A stretch of 55,616 bases of DNA from Syntrophus aciditrophicus. GTDB taxonomy: Bacteria > Desulfobacterota > Syntrophia > Syntrophales > UBA5619. Position 1 is the stretch's first letter. Every line of letters begins with the position of its first letter. A program made the position numbers and the translations under genes. This document shows positions 51,958 through 55,616 of this stretch, piece by piece. The notes beneath the pieces are model-generated. The model saw only the letters and a program-made list of their open reading frames with translations. It was not told the DNA's origin and ran no database searches. The stretch spans positions 1-55,616 of the forward strand of contig DYTH01000002.1 of NCBI GenBank assembly GCA_020726025.1, in the 5' to 3' direction.

Positions 51958-54096
51958 TCAATGATACATCCTTTTGTCAAGCTTTTTTTTAAGATAAACA
52001 TCCGTATTTCTGCCGATCATGTCAAACAGATTGGTAAAATGGTCGATATCCTGCGCCACGTCCCTTGTCCACGGAGAGATCGCCTGACCGTAAACCGCCC
52101 GCGATTCCCTGCCGGTAAAAAGGCGCAGGGGAATCGAAACAGCCAGCCCTTTGTCGTGGTAGCCCCTGTTGTCGCTGTCGTTAAAAACCGACGTATCCGT
52201 CACGCTGTACCACGCCGACAGCGTGACGCCATTGATGAATTTTGACAGCGTGATTCTCGCCCCCCGGTCGCCGGCCAGAAACATCCCGTACTTGACATCC
52301 ACGGCAATGTCGGACTTCGGGAAATTGAGCCTGGCATTCACAAAGGCCGTCTTGTAATAATCCTTCACCGTATTTTCGGCCAGAAGAAGCGGGTTGTCGG
52401 GGTCCCTCTTTTTGACCACGCTGCCCCCCAGCCCCATCAGCATTCTGCCGCCAAACACCGGCATCGCCGCTTCCAGGTCGATCCCCGCGTACTGCGTCTC
52501 GAGAATCCCCGCGGTAACTTTCGCAAAGACGGAGGTGGAAGGCACGCGCTCCACCTGGTTGAACAGGAAACGCTCGAAGAGCGCCTTGTTTTTGAGATAG
52601 TTGACAATGTCGGTGCGCACAGGGATCGAGAGGGGCTCGTTTACCGTCTCGACATTGGCAAACGGATAAACCGCCGCTCCCGCAACCAGTGAACCGCCCT
52701 CCCAGAGAGGATACGTGGCCCACAGCGAGAGCCCCACCTTGCCCTTCCAGAATCCGGACGGGTCGTTGAGAAAGAGCTTAACCTGCGGTTTGTAACCGAT
52801 AACGTATCCCGGAGTCATCTGTTTGCGCCCCTCCGGCAGGGCAGTATAGCCCGTATCGATTTTCGCAAGCGCGTGAAACGCGTCTTCCCTCATCCTTTCG
52901 GCGGCATATTCCATCAAATCTTCCGCCTTGACGCTGTACGAGTACAGAGGCGCCCCATCATCCTTCATGATAATCAAAATGTCGTCAATCGGTTCTTTCT
53001 TTTTCGATGCGTTGTGGTCGCGGACAATCGGCGCGATGGTGAGAAGAGCCTCCTGAACGCCCCGCGCATTGTAAAAAAAGAGGTTATTCTGCATGTCGAT
53101 CGTGAGCCTGCCGCCCGACACGCCGATGCCGATGCTGCTGAAACCAATCGATTCAAGCCCGAGCGCCATCCGGCTCTCCACGTCCAGAAACGCAACCATC
53201 GGGCGTTCCTTGTACGGATGGGCGTAAATTGGGATCATCGGCCTTCCTATCTCAAACGGCATGGATACATTGACGCCCCACTGATCGCCCCGCTGCCAGG
53301 AAAGAACAACATCAGCCCAGTTCAGAAAATTGTAGCGGAACCCGAAGTTGTACCGCGAAGGAACCGCCTCTCTGAAATACCCCCCCCGCAGGGCCGGGTC
53401 GCCTGTCTGCTCGTGGTACCGGATCGGGCTGTATTCGACCATGAACGCATACCGGTCGGAAGGGGCAAACTGAATTCCCCAGAAAAACTGGGAATCCGAA
53501 TACCATCCACGGGTGTCTTCCAGCATCTCGACGCCGATTCCCTCCCCCTGCGATGGCAGAGGCCGCTTGCCGAATCGACCGTTTCCGAGGCCGATTGTGA
53601 AATCAAACGGGTATATCTGTTTGCTGGCGACGAGATACTGGGAGGCATAGAGACGCGTCCCGTGGGGATCCATGATGCCAACCGCCAGCGCAGGCAGGTA
53701 CTTACCCTCGGCAACCATCTGATATTTAAGGTCAATTGCCTTATCCTTGTAGTTGCCGTAGCCTTCCCAGTTCGTCCCCGGCTGATCTATCGAAACCAGA
53801 ACTTCCGTCATCCTGCCGTCGATCTCCATCCCCTTAAGCGGGCTGAAGGCGCCGTAGTAATAACGGTAGGGCGCCATCTGACTGAAGCCCACGCGGTAGT
53901 GGTTTTCCCCGATTACCCGGGCGGTTGGAATCTCCATGAGCCCCGTCCCTCCCCAGTTGGAAGGCGTTGTAAAAGGTTCATCGGCGGCATAACCGGAAAC
54001 TGCGCCGAATAAAATCACAATCAGGATTACAAAAGCCTTCACAGGAAAACACCCGCCGATCGCGCGGATGGCCGAGGAAGCAATCCTGATAAACAT
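51958..54096 (-). CDS. YjbH/GfcD-family outer-membrane exopolysaccharide protein
   Basis: 712 aa with a signal peptide (...FGAVSGYAADEP). The N-terminal FTTPSNWGGTGLMEIPTARV matches the conserved YjbH start as I recall it (GGxGLxxxPTAR). Length and beta-rich composition fit the roughly 700-aa family. Confidence 0.7.
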   Translation of the reverse strand: MFIRIASSAIRAIGGCFPVKAFVILIVILFGAVSGYAADEPFTTPSNWGGTGLMEIPTARVIGENHYRVGFSQMAPYRYYYGAFSPLKGMEIDGRMTEVLVSIDQPGTNWEGYGNYKDKAIDLKYQMVAEGKYLPALAVGIMDPHGTRLYASQYLVASKQIYPFDFTIGLGNGRFGKRPLPSQGEGIGVEMLEDTRGWYSDSQFFWGIQFAPSDRYAFMVEYSPIRYHEQTGDPALRGGYFREAVPSRYNFGFRYNFLNWADVVLSWQRGDQWGVNVSMPFEIGRPMIPIYAHPYKERPMVAFLDVESRMALGLESIGFSSIGIGVSGGRLTIDMQNNLFFYNARGVQEALLTIAPIVRDHNASKKKEPIDDILIIMKDDGAPLYSYSVKAEDLMEYAAERMREDAFHALAKIDTGYTALPEGRKQMTPGYVIGYKPQVKLFLNDPSGFWKGKVGLSLWATYPLWEGGSLVAGAAVYPFANVETVNEPLSIPVRTDIVNYLKNKALFERFLFNQVERVPSTSVFAKVTAGILETQYAGIDLEAAMPVFGGRMLMGLGGSVVKKRDPDNPLLLAENTVKDYYKTAFVNARLNFPKSDIAVDVKYGMFLAGDRGARITLSKFINGVTLSAWYSVTDTSVFNDSDNRGYHDKGLAVSIPLRLFTGRESRAVYGQAISPWTRDVAQDIDHFTNLFDMIGRNTDVYLKKKLDKRMYH

Positions 54097-54122
54097 AGCT
54101 TGGACCCATGCATAGCGCCTTC

Positions 54123-54181
54123 CTGTTTTGTCAAGAAGAAAACATGTTTTTTGTTGCCTTTTTCACGATTGGACAAAACAG
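54123..54181. repeat. Nested inverted repeats in the SLBB-gene / yjbH-like spacer
   Basis: Perfect 10-bp inverted repeat CTGTTTTGTC (54123-54132) and GACAAAACAG (54172-54181), enclosing a perfect 12-bp palindrome AAAACATGTTTT (54139-54150). Confidence 0.75.
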
Positions 54182-54197
54182 CAGCCTTTGCAAATCC

Positions 54198-55616
54198 CTA
54201 GAACAGCGCCTTGAAAACGCCGGCGGTCACAGCCGTATTCATCAGTATCTGGGTTATGTCCTTGATCTCCCGGAGCCATGCAATCCGGCCGATCTTCTCC
54301 GGGATAACGATCGTGTCGCCAGGTTCAATACCTTTTATCTCCCGTTCAAAGCCAGCAACCTCCCAGCGACTCCGCAGGGAACTCCAGTTGAAGAGCCCCT
54401 TCGCCAGCTTTTCCGCCGTGCCGTCCACCTTCAGGACAAAGACGTTGTCCCGGTCGGCGTATTTTGCATAGCCGCCGGTCAGATCAACATAATCCTCATA
54501 TTCCATTTTCTCTGAGTAGATGAAGCTTCCCTGCGACATGACAGAACCGGCGACATTGACCATATTGTGTTTCGGGGGGATAGAGAGCACGTCTCCGTCC
54601 TCCATTTCAATATCGTACGCGCTCCCCTTGAGAAGCCGCAGGTGTGCAAGCCTGATCGCCATCCGCCCATTCGCCTTCAGACTTCGCAAATAGCCGACAA
54701 ACAGCCGCTTCTGCTCCATCTCGGCCTTCTTCGCCGCCACCTCTTCGGCGGACGTCGAAGTCGCGATATCCCCGCCGCCGGAAAGAAGTTCGCGCTCCAT
54801 CCGGTCGGCCATCTCGACGAGCCCCTTCTGCTGCAACACCCGCACAGACTCCCGCGTGAAGTACGCCCCCCGCAGGTGAGCGTCATCGATATACCCACCG
54901 GCTCGCGCGATCACATGGGACAGCTTCTCTCCCTTGGATATCACATACCGCCCCGGATACTTGAATTTACCGGAAAGAGTCACATATTTTTCGGCGCCCC
55001 ACTCGGAGATGGCCTTGATGAAAATCCGGTCGTGCGCCTTCAGCGGCAGGTTGTGCGCCGGATCTCCGGCAAGCGCCCGGTCGAGGTTTATCTGCTTGTG
55101 AACGACCTTCATGCTGTTGTCCTTGTCTATCGTCCGCGAGGATACCTCCGCCTCCTGAAGCGACGCCGATTCCAGTATGTTTCCCGCCGCGAAGACCAGA
55201 TCCCGTACCGTCATATTGTCGGCCATGGGATAGCTCCCCGGCTTCAGCACCTCCCCTTCGATCGCGACATTTTTTTTGTACACCGTCTCCCAGAGCGAAT
55301 GCACAACCAAACGGTCGAGGTCCTTTAGCTTAAGGTTGTGCTGCGGATCTCCTGCGATCGCCTTGCCGAGGTTCAGCTTCTCAAGGGTCACTTCCTTCGT
55401 TCGCCAATCGGTCCGGTAGAGCTCCGCCTCGTCCAGAAGCGTGTCGCGGGTCTGCCCGCCTGCCGAAAAGACGAGATCCCTCACCGTCATTGTCTCACCG
55501 AACTGGTAGTTGCCGGGATTTTTGACCTCTCCCGCGATGACCACGTTTGCCTTGAACACCTTCTCCCAGAGCGAATGCACAACCAAACGGTCGAGGTCCT
55601 TTAGCTTAAGGTTGTG
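54198..55616 (-). CDS. Polysaccharide export protein with tandem SLBB (beta-grasp) repeats, Wza/OPX- or KpsD-like; 5' end lies outside the window
   Basis: The frame is open to the window edge. The ORF-track M at 55586 is an internal TTG. There are about 92-aa repeats (DRLVVHSLWExV.K.NV.I.GEV..PG.Y....MTVRDLVF.AG), and the C-terminus is hydrophobic (ILMNTAVTAGVFKALF). Confidence 0.7.
   Translation of the reverse strand, partial: HNLKLKDLDRLVVHSLWEKVFKANVVIAGEVKNPGNYQFGETMTVRDLVFSAGGQTRDTLLDEAELYRTDWRTKEVTLEKLNLGKAIAGDPQHNLKLKDLDRLVVHSLWETVYKKNVAIEGEVLKPGSYPMADNMTVRDLVFAAGNILESASLQEAEVSSRTIDKDNSMKVVHKQINLDRALAGDPAHNLPLKAHDRIFIKAISEWGAEKYVTLSGKFKYPGRYVISKGEKLSHVIARAGGYIDDAHLRGAYFTRESVRVLQQKGLVEMADRMERELLSGGGDIATSTSAEEVAAKKAEMEQKRLFVGYLRSLKANGRMAIRLAHLRLLKGSAYDIEMEDGDVLSIPPKHNMVNVAGSVMSQGSFIYSEKMEYEDYVDLTGGYAKYADRDNVFVLKVDGTAEKLAKGLFNWSSLRSRWEVAGFEREIKGIEPGDTIVIPEKIGRIAWLREIKDITQILMNTAVTAGVFKALF
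55286..55616. repeat. Exact 55-nt direct repeat, period 276 nt, inside the SLBB gene
   Basis: 55286-55340 is identical to 55562-55616 (TCTCCCAGAGCGAATGCACAACCAAACGGTCGAGGTCCTTTAGCTTAAGGTTGTG). The second copy is cut by the window end. Flanking repeat-unit DNA is diverged. Confidence 0.9.

Noticed and set aside
52873-54012. 379-aa + strand ORF antisense to the YjbH-like gene
   Set aside because: Same reasoning. The minus frame has a signal peptide and the conserved YjbH N-terminal motif.
54106-54134. TTGACAA box at 54129-54134 (minus-sense) as a promoter for the YjbH-like gene
   Set aside because: No acceptable -10 hexamer occurs at 16-18-nt spacing (GCATGG, TGCATG or CATGGG). The box is part of the 10-bp inverted repeat and lies only 33 nt from the start codon.

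Overview
This is a 55.6-kb, moderately GC-rich bacterial chromosome segment. Every protein-coding gene I accept (about 70) lies on the minus strand; only tRNA-Pro and tRNA-Arg are on the plus strand. In the direction of transcription (right to left) the window contains: (1) a partial multi-SLBB polysaccharide-export (Wza/OPX-like) gene and a YjbH/GfcD-like outer-membrane gene. (2) Three genes for exported proteins: an Ala/Gly-rich protein, a small signal-peptide protein, and a large C10 (streptopain-family) cysteine peptidase with PPC-like and dockerin modules, ending against tRNA-Arg(CCT). (3) A housekeeping string: hldE-kinase, DUF4416, yicC, gmk, rpoZ, rlmB, pilC. (4) The tRNA Thr-Tyr-Gly-Thr block, rpmG, tRNA-Trp, secE-nusG-rplKAJL-rpoBC. 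(5) rpsL-rpsG-tuf with no fusA, then the S10/spc/alpha ribosomal-protein operons with no adk or map. (6) folC, lptD, rplM-rpsI, argC, cysS. (7) A compact six-gene futalosine-pathway (mqn) menaquinone operon. Gene content (futalosine pathway, LptD, DUF4416, Cys-rich Zn-ribbon ribosomal proteins, WIPAFAGMT-type repeat) suggests an anaerobic diderm, possibly Deltaproteobacteria/Desulfobacterota-like; this is inference only. I saw no CRISPR array, transposase, integrase, toxin-antitoxin pair or recognisable defence gene. About 85% of the window is ordinary core genome. The only accessory-looking part is 47.6-55.6 kb, and the best candidate for something undescribed is the exported three-gene peptidase module next to the YjbH/SLBB export genes, together with two structured REP/MITE-like elements. 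All family calls come from motif recognition by eye on the supplied translations. No HMM, BLAST or folding computation was run, and start codons and tRNA ends may be off by a few nucleotides.
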